Source of the DNA: Cyanobacteria bacterium auto_48_18
GTDB lineage: Bacteria; Cyanobacteriota; Vampirovibrionia; Obscuribacterales; Obscuribacteraceae
NCBI GenBank assembly: GCA_036170915.1
Contig: JAVHQC010000037.1
Coordinates: 1-26,735, forward strand
Reading direction: 5' to 3'
Length of the DNA: 26,735 bases
The notes beneath the pieces are model-generated. The model was not told the origin of the DNA and did not search any database. It was given only the letters and a program-made list of their open reading frames with translations. The position numbers and the translations under genes are program-made. Below are positions 1 to 9,800 of this stretch, piece after piece (the stretch's first letter is position 1; each line of letters begins with the position of its first letter).

Positions 1-1
1 C

Positions 2-61
2 AGTCAACTATTGGCTTTGCTCGAAAACAGCGAAACTAATGGTAACAGCAGGCATATTTAG
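2..61 (+). CDS. 3' end of an upstream gene (possibly murC, from context only)
   Basis: Open frame SQLLALLENSETNGNSRHI* ends at TAG 59-61, 16 nt before murB. The identity is a guess from the usual murC-murB-ddl order. Confidence 0.3.
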   Translation, partial: SQLLALLENSETNGNSRHI

Positions 62-77
62 GCCATAAGAAAATGAC

Positions 78-1001
78 ATGGAAGAAGTACTGCAGGCACC
101 ACTAGCTCGAATTACGACTTTGAAAATTGGTGGCGACGCTGATTGTCTTTGCCATCCTCAAAGTGTGACTGAGCTGGTTGACCTGGTGGCCAGACTGAAG
201 AGCGAAGGCACGCCATGGTATGTGGTAGGCGGCGGCTCTAATTTGCTTATTTCTTCTGAAGGCTATAGAGGCACAGTCATTCGCACCACCCAATTGACCA
301 CAATTCGACTTGATCAGCCAAATTTACTCGAAGCTGAAGCGGGAGCACGCTTGCCCCATTTAGCCAGGCATGCTGCACAAAACGGTTTGGCCGGTCTGGA
401 ATTTGCAGTAGGCATACCGGGCACCGTTGGTGGTGCAGTGATTATGAACGCCGGCGCGCATGGCAGCTCTATATCGGCTATCTTCGACTCAGCCAAAATT
501 TTAGATAGCGTTACCGGCGAAGTAGAAGAATTGCGAAGTGAGCAGATGGCTTTTCAATATCGCCGCTGCGCACTCGACCCCGCGCGTCATGTGGTGCTAT
601 CGGCCAAGTTCAAAATGCCCAGCGACGTACCGGAAGAAATTGAAAAGCGTACCAAACACAATGAAGACTACCGCTGGAAAACTCAGCCTTTAGGTTTTCC
701 TAACGCCGGGAGCACTTTCAAGAATCCACTTCCTGACAAGGCAGCCGGCTTTTTGCTTGACCAGGCCGGAGTGAAAGATCTCAAGGTGGGAAATGCGGCA
801 GTATCATCAATTCATGCCAATTTCGTCGTCAATCTAGGCGGGGCCTCGTCTCACGAAGTTATAGTTTTGATGAAAAGAATGCAAGAGATGGTGCGCGAAA
901 AATTTAAGTTGGATTTGGTACCGGAATGGAAGACCATGGGAACATTCACAGACGATGAAATGAGCGTCTGGCAACAAAAAGCAGCGGAGAAAAAGCAGTG
1001 A
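78..1001 (+). CDS. murB: UDP-N-acetylenolpyruvoylglucosamine reductase
   Basis: Motifs TTLKIGG, VGGGSNLL, GLEFAVGIPGTVGGAVIMNAGAHG, QP..PNAGSTFKNP, HANFVVN. Confidence 0.97.
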   Translation: MEEVLQAPLARITTLKIGGDADCLCHPQSVTELVDLVARLKSEGTPWYVVGGGSNLLISSEGYRGTVIRTTQLTTIRLDQPNLLEAEAGARLPHLARHAAQNGLAGLEFAVGIPGTVGGAVIMNAGAHGSSISAIFDSAKILDSVTGEVEELRSEQMAFQYRRCALDPARHVVLSAKFKMPSDVPEEIEKRTKHNEDYRWKTQPLGFPNAGSTFKNPLPDKAAGFLLDQAGVKDLKVGNAAVSSIHANFVVNLGGASSHEVIVLMKRMQEMVREKFKLDLVPEWKTMGTFTDDEMSVWQQKAAEKKQ

Positions 1002-2029
1002 AGACGGCACCTAAAATTACAAAACAAACAGTGGTAGGCGTGCTTTACGGCGGCTTATCAAACGAAAGAGAAGTGTCATTGCGCTCCGGCAAAAATTGCT
1101 ACAACGCTCTTTTGCGGCTGGGTTATGAAAACACCGTTTTGATTGATGTCAGCGAAAATCTCACCACTGATTTAAAAGACCATGCCGTAGAAATCGCCTT
1201 TCTTTGCCTGCACGGCAAATATGGTGAAGATGGCACCGTGCAAGGCCTGCTTGAATTGATGAAAGTGCCTTACACAGGCTCAGGAGTATTGTCATCGGCA
1301 CTGGCAATGAACAAGCCACTCACCAAGCGAGTTTTGAGTGCACAAGGTCTGCCTTTCCCAAAAAGCTTTGTCATTGAAGACCACGAAAGCGACAATTTCG
1401 AACAATTTGTCAAAACTCTTCCGGCACCACCTGTAATGGTTAAGCCTTTGAATGAAGGCTCATCGGTGGGTGTGTTCAAGATTGAAGAGCAGAGCGAGCT
1501 CTCTGACTGCGTCAAGCAAGTTCTACGCGAATATGGCGGCGCCATTGTTGAAGGTTTTGTCGCTGGTCAAGAAATTACGATAGGCGTACTGGAAGAAAGT
1601 CATAGCACTGCTGGTGGTGCGCTGGGTCATGGTCATGCCAACGGCACAGCTGTACTGGCCCAGTCTGGCACACAGCTGGTAGCCTTGCCTATTCTTGAAC
1701 TTAGACCAAAGAGCAAAGCCGGTTTTTACGACTACGAAGCCAAATACACTGCGGGCATGACCGAATTTGTATTGCCGGCTGAACTTAGCGAATCTCGCAC
1801 CAAAGAAGCACAAGATTTGGCCAAGAAAACGTTCAGAGCGCTTAACTGCAGCGGTTATGCTCGCGTCGATATGATTGCCGGCCATGACGGTCAGCTCTAT
1901 ATATTAGAAGTGAACACACTGCCGGGAATGACCGACACGTCAGATTTGCCTGCTATGGCCGAAGTAGCTGGAATTAGCTACGACCAGCTGGTAGACCGCA
2001 TTTTACTTAGCGCCGGTTTGGACAAATAA
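998..2029 (+). CDS. ddl: D-alanine--D-alanine ligase
   Basis: GGLSNEREVSLRSG, LHGKYGEDG, VKP..EGSSVG, FYDYEAKY, RVD, EVNTLPGMT. The GTG start overlaps the murB TGA (GTGA coupling). Confidence 0.97.
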   Translation: MKTAPKITKQTVVGVLYGGLSNEREVSLRSGKNCYNALLRLGYENTVLIDVSENLTTDLKDHAVEIAFLCLHGKYGEDGTVQGLLELMKVPYTGSGVLSSALAMNKPLTKRVLSAQGLPFPKSFVIEDHESDNFEQFVKTLPAPPVMVKPLNEGSSVGVFKIEEQSELSDCVKQVLREYGGAIVEGFVAGQEITIGVLEESHSTAGGALGHGHANGTAVLAQSGTQLVALPILELRPKSKAGFYDYEAKYTAGMTEFVLPAELSESRTKEAQDLAKKTFRALNCSGYARVDMIAGHDGQLYILEVNTLPGMTDTSDLPAMAEVAGISYDQLVDRILLSAGLDK

Positions 2030-2058
2030 GCAGAGAAATTTGCGTAAAATTTCTCTGC
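2030..2058. terminator. Hairpin between convergent ddl and kinase genes
   Basis: Perfect 12-bp inverted repeat GCAGAGAAATTT-gcgta-AAATTTCTCTGC; no strong U-tail. Confidence 0.65.
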
Positions 2059-2068
2059 GATTCAGAAC

Positions 2069-3328
2069 CTAGCGTTTGAACCACTTAAGTATCTTGCTGA
2101 TCAGGCCTTCTTTTTCAGGCGGGCGTAAATCTCTTACCGACCGCATTTGTGGCCTGCTGCCGCTCTCAGACGTAGATACTCTCTGGTCACCAGGTGAAGA
2201 CAGGCGTTGCGAGCCCGACTTGGTGCCGGTTTTAGGACCAGTAGATTTCTGATTGCCAGTTTTCTGAGCCGCCTTTTGCGCGGTCACTTTTTGGTTTCTC
2301 GAAGATGATGGATTAGGATCTCGACTGCCAAAAGCCCGCAATCGATCAAAGCTGGCCTTACCTGACGAGACTGATGCAGAATGGCGTTTACGCTCATTAT
2401 CTTGTTCTTGCTTTAGAGCGCTGGCCGCAGCCGCCATGCCAGATTTCATAATCTTCTGACTGATGTACTGTTCTTCTTTAGTGGTATTGGAACGCTGCAA
2501 AAAGACTTCGTCAGGAATTGCAAATTCTGCATGCATCTCTTGATAGATACGATAAAGAGTGTGGCGCACATGACGAGCTGTAGCGGGCCTATCTTCGGGA
2601 CTGTGTGACGTCAGTTGTTTTACCAGAATGTCGAGATTTTCGTTAATGTCGGCACGGTGTTGACGTGGCTGGCTCGCAGTCAACGGTTTAGGGCGCACAC
2701 CAGTGAGCAAATGGCCGATGGTGGCACCGAGCGCATAAAGGTCGCTTCTGGTTTCAGGTTTGCCAAAATATTGCTCTGGAGGCGAATAGCCGGCAGTGAC
2801 CACTCTGGTGGCAGACTCTTTAGGCATAAAAGTACGAGCGATGCCAAAGTCGATAAAGATGATTTTACCTTCAGGCGTAAGCATCAGATTGCTTGGTTTA
2901 AGGTCGCGATAAATCACTGCAGGCTCTTGATCATGCAAATATTCCAGCACTTCGCAAATTTGAATGCCGACTTTGACGGTGTCGTCATCATTAAATGCGC
3001 CAAAGTCGCTGATTACAGATTCGAGCGACGAGCCGCGCACATAATCCATGACCAGATAATGCTTGCCGTCTTCGGTGGAATAGCTGTCGAAAAATCGCAC
3101 CACTCCTGGATGATTGAGACTTTTAAGTAAGGAAGCTTCGCGCTTGAACAGACGTACGGCCTCTGTTCTTTCTTCAGGGTCGGCATATTTGCTATTTAAT
3201 TGTTTGACTACGCAGGGCGAATTGCCCGCCGCTGAATCTTCAGCTAGATAAATGACGCCCATGCCCCCAGTGCCGAGCATTTGCAACCATCTATAGCGTT
3301 TGAACCAGGGATCGGTCGAATCGGTCAA
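2069..3328 (-). CDS. Hanks-type Ser/Thr protein kinase, soluble, with low-complexity C-terminal tail
   Basis: LGTGGMGVIY, VVKQL, YRDLKPSN, DFG, GYSPPEQ, SDLYALG. AGGAG RBS before a TTG start; no transmembrane segment. Confidence 0.93.
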   Translation of the reverse strand: MTDSTDPWFKRYRWLQMLGTGGMGVIYLAEDSAAGNSPCVVKQLNSKYADPEERTEAVRLFKREASLLKSLNHPGVVRFFDSYSTEDGKHYLVMDYVRGSSLESVISDFGAFNDDDTVKVGIQICEVLEYLHDQEPAVIYRDLKPSNLMLTPEGKIIFIDFGIARTFMPKESATRVVTAGYSPPEQYFGKPETRSDLYALGATIGHLLTGVRPKPLTASQPRQHRADINENLDILVKQLTSHSPEDRPATARHVRHTLYRIYQEMHAEFAIPDEVFLQRSNTTKEEQYISQKIMKSGMAAAASALKQEQDNERKRHSASVSSGKASFDRLRAFGSRDPNPSSSRNQKVTAQKAAQKTGNQKSTGPKTGTKSGSQRLSSPGDQRVSTSESGSRPQMRSVRDLRPPEKEGLISKILKWFKR

Positions 3329-3461
3329 CAGAGGTCTCCTTCAAACCTCTATCTATGTTCCCAGGTGATGGTTATTTTTATGTCTAGCCGGATGTACTGT
3401 GCAACACGACTTTATTTTTTGTTATCGGCCGGCCGTTTAAAAATAGCCGTACAAATTTATG

Positions 3462-3490
3462 TTGACATACGTTTGTATGGTTGTTATTAT
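3462..3490 (+). promoter_or_regulatory. Sigma70-type promoter of ssb
   Basis: TTGACA (3462-3467), 17-nt spacer, TATTAT (3485-3490), with an extended -10 TG at 3482-3483. Confidence 0.8.
3466..3479. promoter_or_regulatory. Palindromic operator candidate CATAC-N4-GTATG (LexA-like)
   Basis: Inverted repeat overlapping the -35 and spacer; a degenerate second copy CGTAC-aaat-TTATG lies at 3448-3461. Confidence 0.5.
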
Positions 3491-3550
3491 TCAACAGTCT
3501 CCCCCACCAAAGCACTACTCAAATTGCTAGAAACTAGCGGAGGTGATTTT

Positions 3551-3958
3551 ATGAGTCTTGCCAACATATCACTGGTGGGGAACCTGGTTAAAGCTCCTGA
3601 ACAAATTCAATTCAGCAGCGGCAGAGTAAAAACTACATTGATCGTAGCTGTAAATACCATCAGCAAAGCAGCGAAGGCCAGTGGAGCTGATAAAGAGAAG
3701 GTCGACATAAATGGAGGTGCGCCGAGTACAACAGCAGACTTTTATAGAGTTGAAACCTGGGGCAAGCTTGCAGAACTTGCATCTAGATATCTAAACAAGG
3801 GTAATCAAGTTACCGTCTCGGGCAGGCTTGTTCTGGACCACTGGACCGACAAGCACGGCGTTAGCCGAATTACACCTGTGGTAGAAGCGAACCAGCTTTC
3901 GCTGCCTCAAAAACCAAAATCGTCAGAGTTTGACGACAAAGTTAAAGAGGCAAGTTAG
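3551..3958 (+). CDS. ssb: Single-stranded DNA-binding protein
   Basis: OB fold: LVGNLVKAPE, FYRVETWGKLAE, YLNKGNQVTVSGRL. A strong SD (GGAGGTGA) fixes the start at ATG 3551. Confidence 0.92.
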   Translation: MSLANISLVGNLVKAPEQIQFSSGRVKTTLIVAVNTISKAAKASGADKEKVDINGGAPSTTADFYRVETWGKLAELASRYLNKGNQVTVSGRLVLDHWTDKHGVSRITPVVEANQLSLPQKPKSSEFDDKVKEAS

Positions 3959-4041
3959 CTATAACACTAGTAAGGCCAATTAACTAAAACTACAATAGAC
4001 ATGGCTCCTCCCTACACCACACACAAGTTAGGATGAGCAAA

Positions 4042-4086
4042 AAAAAGACGAGGGACGGGTTCCGGGCGAACCTTTCCCTCGTTTTT
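4042..4086. terminator. Rho-independent terminator after ssb, probably bidirectional
   Basis: A-run, then stems ACGAGGGA/TCCCTCGT and GGTTC/GAACC around loop CGGGC, then TTTTT. Confidence 0.8.
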
Positions 4087-4156
4087 ATTGCGCTGCTTGC
4101 CTTTACCGGTTCATATTGCAAAGTAGTTTGCGCTAAAATCGTTCAACATTAACTCC

Positions 4157-6715
4157 ATGAAGAGCAAACCGATGAAGTCAAGATGCATTGTGGCCTTACC
4201 CGTTTTACTGAGCCTCGCCTTTAGTCTCTCGCCGGCAATATTTGCCGCCGCTGCCGCCGCAGATGAAGATGATGATAAAGCGAGCAAAGTTCAGGCCGTC
4301 GCCGATTCACTCAAACTAGACATGCTCATGGTCGAAGGTTTAAACAACTACAAGCATGGCCGCTACAGAGACGCCATCAAATCATTTGAACAGGCCAAAG
4401 CTCTGGGCACCACTTCTGATTATCAGAAAGCTACTCTCGATAACGGCCTGGCCGAAGCTTACCGATCGGCCGGAAAATATAAAGAGGCTGAAGCGCTCTT
4501 TAAATCTGCCATTGCCGAAGCCGAGCAAGATGACAAAAAGCACCTCAATAAAAAGTACAAGGCCGGAAAAAAACGCAGTAGTGATCTCATACCTCTGATG
4601 ATGAGCGAACTTTCGGTGCTTTATTTGGATCAAAGCAGATTTCCGGAATGCGAAGAAATTCTCAAACGCTCAATTGAGCTTGGCACCACCAAAGTTGGGC
4701 CTAATGATGTCAATTTGGCTCTGCCGCTGAATAGCATGGCAAGACTTTATATCAAATGGGGCAAACTGACCGAAGCCAAAGCTGTTAACGACAGAACCAT
4801 GGCACTTTTTAAAACCTCGGCATCGAAAAATAATTCTTTGTACTGCTACACAGCCTTTAATCTGGCACAGATATTGGACCAGACTGGAAAATACAAAGAG
4901 TCAGAACTGTTGTATAAAGCGGCACTCGTAGGCCTGGAAAATTTTCTCGGCTTTGACCACGAATATTGCGCCAATGCGCTTGAACCATTAGGCGAACTGT
5001 ATCGAAAAGAAAGTCGTTATGCAGAGGCAAAAAAGGCTTTTCAACGAGTGCGGAAAATTCGAGAATTAACTCTGACCAAAGAGCATCCCGATTATGGTAA
5101 GGCGCTTTTGAACCTGGCACTAGTTTGTAGAGACGAAGGACGTTATGCCAAAGCAAATGAATATTGCGCTCAAGCAACTAAAATCATTGAAGCAGCACTT
5201 GGGCAAAACAATGTAGAAATTTCAAAATGCTGGATCACCGAAGCATCTATTTCTCGCTATCAGGGCCGTTACACTGAAGCCGAAGAATTGGCACGTCGAG
5301 CGCTAGCGCTTGACGAAAAACTTCTGACGGCAGATCATCCATCAGTTGCACACGATATGTTGGAGCTGGCAAGCATTCTGGCAGATGAAGGCAAACTGGC
5401 TGAAGCGGAAGAACTTTCAAATAAATCGCTCAAAATCAGCCAAGCAAAACTTGGTGCCAATCACCCTGATATTGCCAACTCAATTCACGCACTTGCCAGA
5501 ATTTATTTTGCTCAGAAAGATTATGCCAAAGCAGAGCCTATGTACCGGCAGGCGCTGGAGCTAGCTGAAAAATCGCTGGGCAAAGTAAACACGCAAGTAG
5601 CAAATGATTTGCGAGAACTATCAGAACTGCTTATTGCGCAGAAAAAATATGATGAGGCAGAACCGCTACTCAAACGCGCTCTTGAAATTGACCAAACACT
5701 ATTTGGCAAACAAAGCCCGCAGATGGCGCGAGATCTAACTTCTTTGGCCAATTTGTATATGGCGCAGAATAAAAAAGATCTGGCGGATCCATTAACTGCT
5801 CAGGCCGCCGCAATTACCGCTTCTCTGCCTGGTGGCGATGCGGTACAGAAATTTGCCGCAGCAACTCTGGCCCCCAGTGCGGCTATTGATAAAACCATTG
5901 CCGACAAATGGGCAATCGTCGTGGGCATCAGCAACTTTAAAGATCCATCAATCAATTTGAAATATGCTGCAAAAGACGCTACTGATTTTCGCAATTTCTT
6001 GATCGCTAAAGAGAACTTCAAAGCCGATCACGTTCAGTTGCTTACCGATGCTAATGCCACCAAAGACAAAATCATTTCTAAATTAGGCGAAGGTTGGCTG
6101 GGCAAGCTGGCCCGCAAAGACGATCTTGTTCTTATTTATGTGTCGAGCCACGGCAGTGCATCACAAGAGCAAGTTGGAGTAAACTTTTTGGTTTCGCACG
6201 ATACCGACAAGTTCAAGCTGATCTCAACTGGCCTACCAATGCAATGGCTGACAAAAATTATTCAAGAGCAGGTGAAAGCCAGTCGTGTAGTTGTAATTCT
6301 CGACGTCTGCCACAGCGGCTCGGCCGGAGATGAATCGAAAGATGTATCTGATGACGATGATGAGGTTCGTACAGGCGAAGGAAGCAAGGGACTAACTCGT
6401 ACGGCACTGAATGTAGGTGGTCTCAATCTGGGCAGCGGGCAAGTAATATTGTCATCGTCGCTGGCAGATCAAGTTTCGTGGGAATCGAAAAACTATCCCA
6501 ATAGTGTTTTCACAAAACGACTGATTGAAGCTTTGCAATGCAATGGACCTGCCACTACTTTGCGTCAAGCGTATGAGCAGCTGAGAACTGCTGTGGGATC
6601 AGAAGTACTGAGTGATCGCAGTGTGGTGCAGACACCAAATTTGTATAACAAAGGTTGGTCAGGTGGTGACCCTATACTTGCCGCACCGGCCTCACAACCG
6701 AGACCAGCTAAGTAA
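4157..6715 (+). CDS. Secreted TPR-repeat protein with C-terminal caspase-family (peptidase C14) domain
   Basis: N-terminal signal peptide; many kinesin-light-chain-like TPRs (e.g. HPDIANSIHALARIY..AEPMYRQAL); KWAIVVGISNF, LKYAAKDA; catalytic SSHG and DVCHSG. Confidence 0.9.
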   Translation: MKSKPMKSRCIVALPVLLSLAFSLSPAIFAAAAAADEDDDKASKVQAVADSLKLDMLMVEGLNNYKHGRYRDAIKSFEQAKALGTTSDYQKATLDNGLAEAYRSAGKYKEAEALFKSAIAEAEQDDKKHLNKKYKAGKKRSSDLIPLMMSELSVLYLDQSRFPECEEILKRSIELGTTKVGPNDVNLALPLNSMARLYIKWGKLTEAKAVNDRTMALFKTSASKNNSLYCYTAFNLAQILDQTGKYKESELLYKAALVGLENFLGFDHEYCANALEPLGELYRKESRYAEAKKAFQRVRKIRELTLTKEHPDYGKALLNLALVCRDEGRYAKANEYCAQATKIIEAALGQNNVEISKCWITEASISRYQGRYTEAEELARRALALDEKLLTADHPSVAHDMLELASILADEGKLAEAEELSNKSLKISQAKLGANHPDIANSIHALARIYFAQKDYAKAEPMYRQALELAEKSLGKVNTQVANDLRELSELLIAQKKYDEAEPLLKRALEIDQTLFGKQSPQMARDLTSLANLYMAQNKKDLADPLTAQAAAITASLPGGDAVQKFAAATLAPSAAIDKTIADKWAIVVGISNFKDPSINLKYAAKDATDFRNFLIAKENFKADHVQLLTDANATKDKIISKLGEGWLGKLARKDDLVLIYVSSHGSASQEQVGVNFLVSHDTDKFKLISTGLPMQWLTKIIQEQVKASRVVVILDVCHSGSAGDESKDVSDDDDEVRTGEGSKGLTRTALNVGGLNLGSGQVILSSSLADQVSWESKNYPNSVFTKRLIEALQCNGPATTLRQAYEQLRTAVGSEVLSDRSVVQTPNLYNKGWSGGDPILAAPASQPRPAK

Positions 6716-6826
6716 GTTTATTCGGGTAATGCCAACTATGCTGGCAGAAAGATTAACTGCTGGCTGGATCTGTTTTTGGAACTAAAGCGTATACGCTTTG
6801 GGTTTGAGAATGACTGGAGAGCCTGA

Positions 6827-9800
6827 TTGGCTATGACATTCGAGTTTTACATAGATAGAGGCGGAACGTTTACTGACATCGTGGCAAAAGGGCCCGATGG
6901 AAAAATTTACGTCTATAAGATACTTTCAGAACTCCCAGATCAGAATCAAGATCCGGCGGTCTTGGGCATTAGCGCCGTTATTAATCAGGTCAATCCAAAC
7001 CTGCAGTCTAACCATAATATTGGTCAGGTTCGTATCGGTACAACAGTTGCCACCAACGCGTTACTTGAACGCAAAGGTGAGCCATTACTGCTGGTGACAA
7101 ACCAAGGAATGAAAGATGCCTTCAAAATCGGTTACCAGAATAGAGCTGATATCTTTGCTTTAGAAATAGTAAAGCCCGCTCCAATTTTTGCTCAAGTTAT
7201 TGAAGTACCAGGCCGTTTTAGTGCAGACGGAGAAGAAATTCAGAGTTTCGATTCTGAGCAAACAAAAGCTCTGCTGCAGGGGGCCAGAGATTGCGGTATT
7301 AAATCAATAGCAATAGTTTTCATGCATAGTTACCAATATCCTCAACACGAAGATAAATGTGCTGCCATAGCCAAAGAACTGGGTTTTGAAAGCATTTCAA
7401 AATCAAGTGAAGTCAATCCGTTGATTAAGTTCATTAGTCGCGGTGATACCACCTTAGTGGATGGTTATTTAACACCAGCCTTGAAAACGTATACAGACAA
7501 GCTCTCTGACCAGCTGCTGAGCCTAAACTTACAATTGAACCAGCAGCATTCAGCAGGCAACGCAGATCTGCAGATCAAATTTATGAAGTCTGATGGCGGG
7601 CTAACTACTAAAGATTTCTTCCGTGGTCGTGACGCCTTAATTTCTGGCCCTGCCGGCGGGGTGGTGGGCGCAAAAAAGGCTGCCGAGGTGCATGGCATCT
7701 CAAATATTGTCGGTTTTGACATGGGCGGTACTTCGACAGACGTGTGCTATTTTCAAGGTGAGTACGAGCGCCTTTTCGAAACAATCATTGATGGTATTCG
7801 AGTGCGCGTTCCTATGCTGGCCGTACACACTGTGGCTGCCGGTGGTGGCTCAATACTAAATTTTGACGGCGCTCGTTTTTTAGTTGGACCACAGTCAGCT
7901 GGGGCACAACCTGGCCCCGCCTGCTACGGGCACGGTGGCCCGGCCACAGTAACAGATGCGAATTTTTTGTTAGGTCGCATATCACAAACGCACTTCCCTC
8001 AATCATTTGGAATCGACCATCTTCAGCCACTAGATTTGGTGGCTACGACTAGTCGTTTCGATGACCTACGCAAGCAAATCAACCATAAAAGCATAGAAGA
8101 AATAGCCTGGGGATTTCTCACAGTAGCAGTTGAGAAAATGGCTCAGGCGATTTCAAAAGTTTCAACGCAAAAAGGTCATGACGTTAGTGAAGCGACAATA
8201 GTAGCTTTTGGTGGCGCAGGGGGTCAGCATGCTTGTCTAATAGCTGAGAGACTGGGAGTCAAGCAAATTTTGATAAGCCCACTAGCTGGAGTTCTGTCTG
8301 CCTATGGAATTGGCGCTACTACAACCACCGCAACCGTCGAGCAATCAATCAGAAAAGAATTTACTGCTGCTCTATTAGAGGAACTGCCCACAGCAATTGA
8401 AAAACTTTGCCGAGTCGCGACAGAAAAACTTCAGGCTCAAAGCGCAGCAACTAACGTGGTCTTAAACCAGCAACTCTTCTTGCGCTATCAAGACTCTGAT
8501 ACAACTATTCCAATAGAATTAAACTACAACCTCGAAGAAACAACCAAAAAATTCCATGACCGTCACAAAAAACTATTTGGCTTCGCTTTCGAGCGCAACT
8601 GCCTTGTCTTAGAAGAAATAAGGGTTACCGCCCAGAGCGAGCCCGGCAACTTATCACTCAATTCAATTCAGAATGTGTCAGCCGAGATAGGCTATGAAAC
8701 TCCGTCTTCACCACAGTCAAAAGCTACCGATCATTTGCTCTTTTCTCAAGGCCAATGGCATGCGACAAAAATTCACCTGCGCGAGCTGCTAGGCGCGGGC
8801 ACAAAGATTTATGGCCCGGCTCTTGTGGCGGAATATACAGCTACAACAATTATTGAACCCGGTTGGTCAGCTGAGGTTTTGCACGATGGTGCTCTACTTC
8901 TCAGACAAACAGAGGGTGGGCAAAACTGTCAAAAGGAAGATTTAGAAGAAGCAGAACATTCAGCAGACGAAAAAGAAGCAGACCCTATAAGGCTCGAACT
9001 GTTTAGCAATATGTTCATGTCGATTGCCGAAGAAATGGGAATTACTCTGCAGCAAGCAAGCCATTCAGTTAACATCAAAGAGCGTCTAGACTTTTCCTGC
9101 GCGCTTTTCGACAGCTCTGGACGCCTGATTGCCAACGCCCCACACATCCCAGTGCATCTTGGCTCAATGGGAGATTCAGTAGTAAGTTTGATCAATTCAC
9201 GCGATGGCGATTTAAGCCAGCGGCCAATCAAAGCCAACGATGTGTACGTCCTGAATAATCCATTCAATGGTGGCACCCATCTGCCCGATATTACTATTAT
9301 CAGCCCAGTTTTTGACGATCAACAAGAGCGATTATTCTTCGTTGCATCGCGAGGGCACCATGCTGATATCGGAGGCATTACACCTGGTTCAATGCCTCCC
9401 ATGAGCACCACGATAGAAGAGGAAGGAGTGCTACTCGATAACTTTCTCATTGTTGAAGATGGCGAATTTAACGAAGCGTCTTTCATAAAGCTGCTTAATT
9501 CGGCGCTCTACCCGCCACGCAACATTCGCCAAAATATAAACGACATAAAAGCCCAGATAGCAGCCAACAATAAAGGCATAGCAGCGCTAAAAGAGCTGGT
9601 GCAGAAATACGGGCGACAGACTGTTTCAAGCTACATGGACCATGTTCGTGCTAATGCAGCACTAGCAATTCGAAACCTTTTGCTAGATTTAAAAAACGGT
9701 CAAGCAACTAGCACCATGGACGATGGCAGTCAAATAGAAGTATCGGTTCGTATCAACAAAGAAAATCGCACTGCTGTGATTGATTTTTCAGGCACTTCAG

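Noticed and set aside
2615..3130. 171-aa antisense ORF, and the other short ORFs nested in or opposite long genes
   Set aside because: Shadow frames of well-supported genes with no recognisable motifs.
3281..3550. N-terminal 90-aa extension of SSB in the ORF track
   Set aside because: It overlaps the kinase start and the ssb promoter; the strong SD supports ATG 3551.
3967..4002. Minus-strand mini-ORF MSIVVLVNWPY with a GGAGG SD
   Set aside because: Only 11 codons, short SD spacing, and it lies just downstream of a probably bidirectional terminator with no evident promoter.
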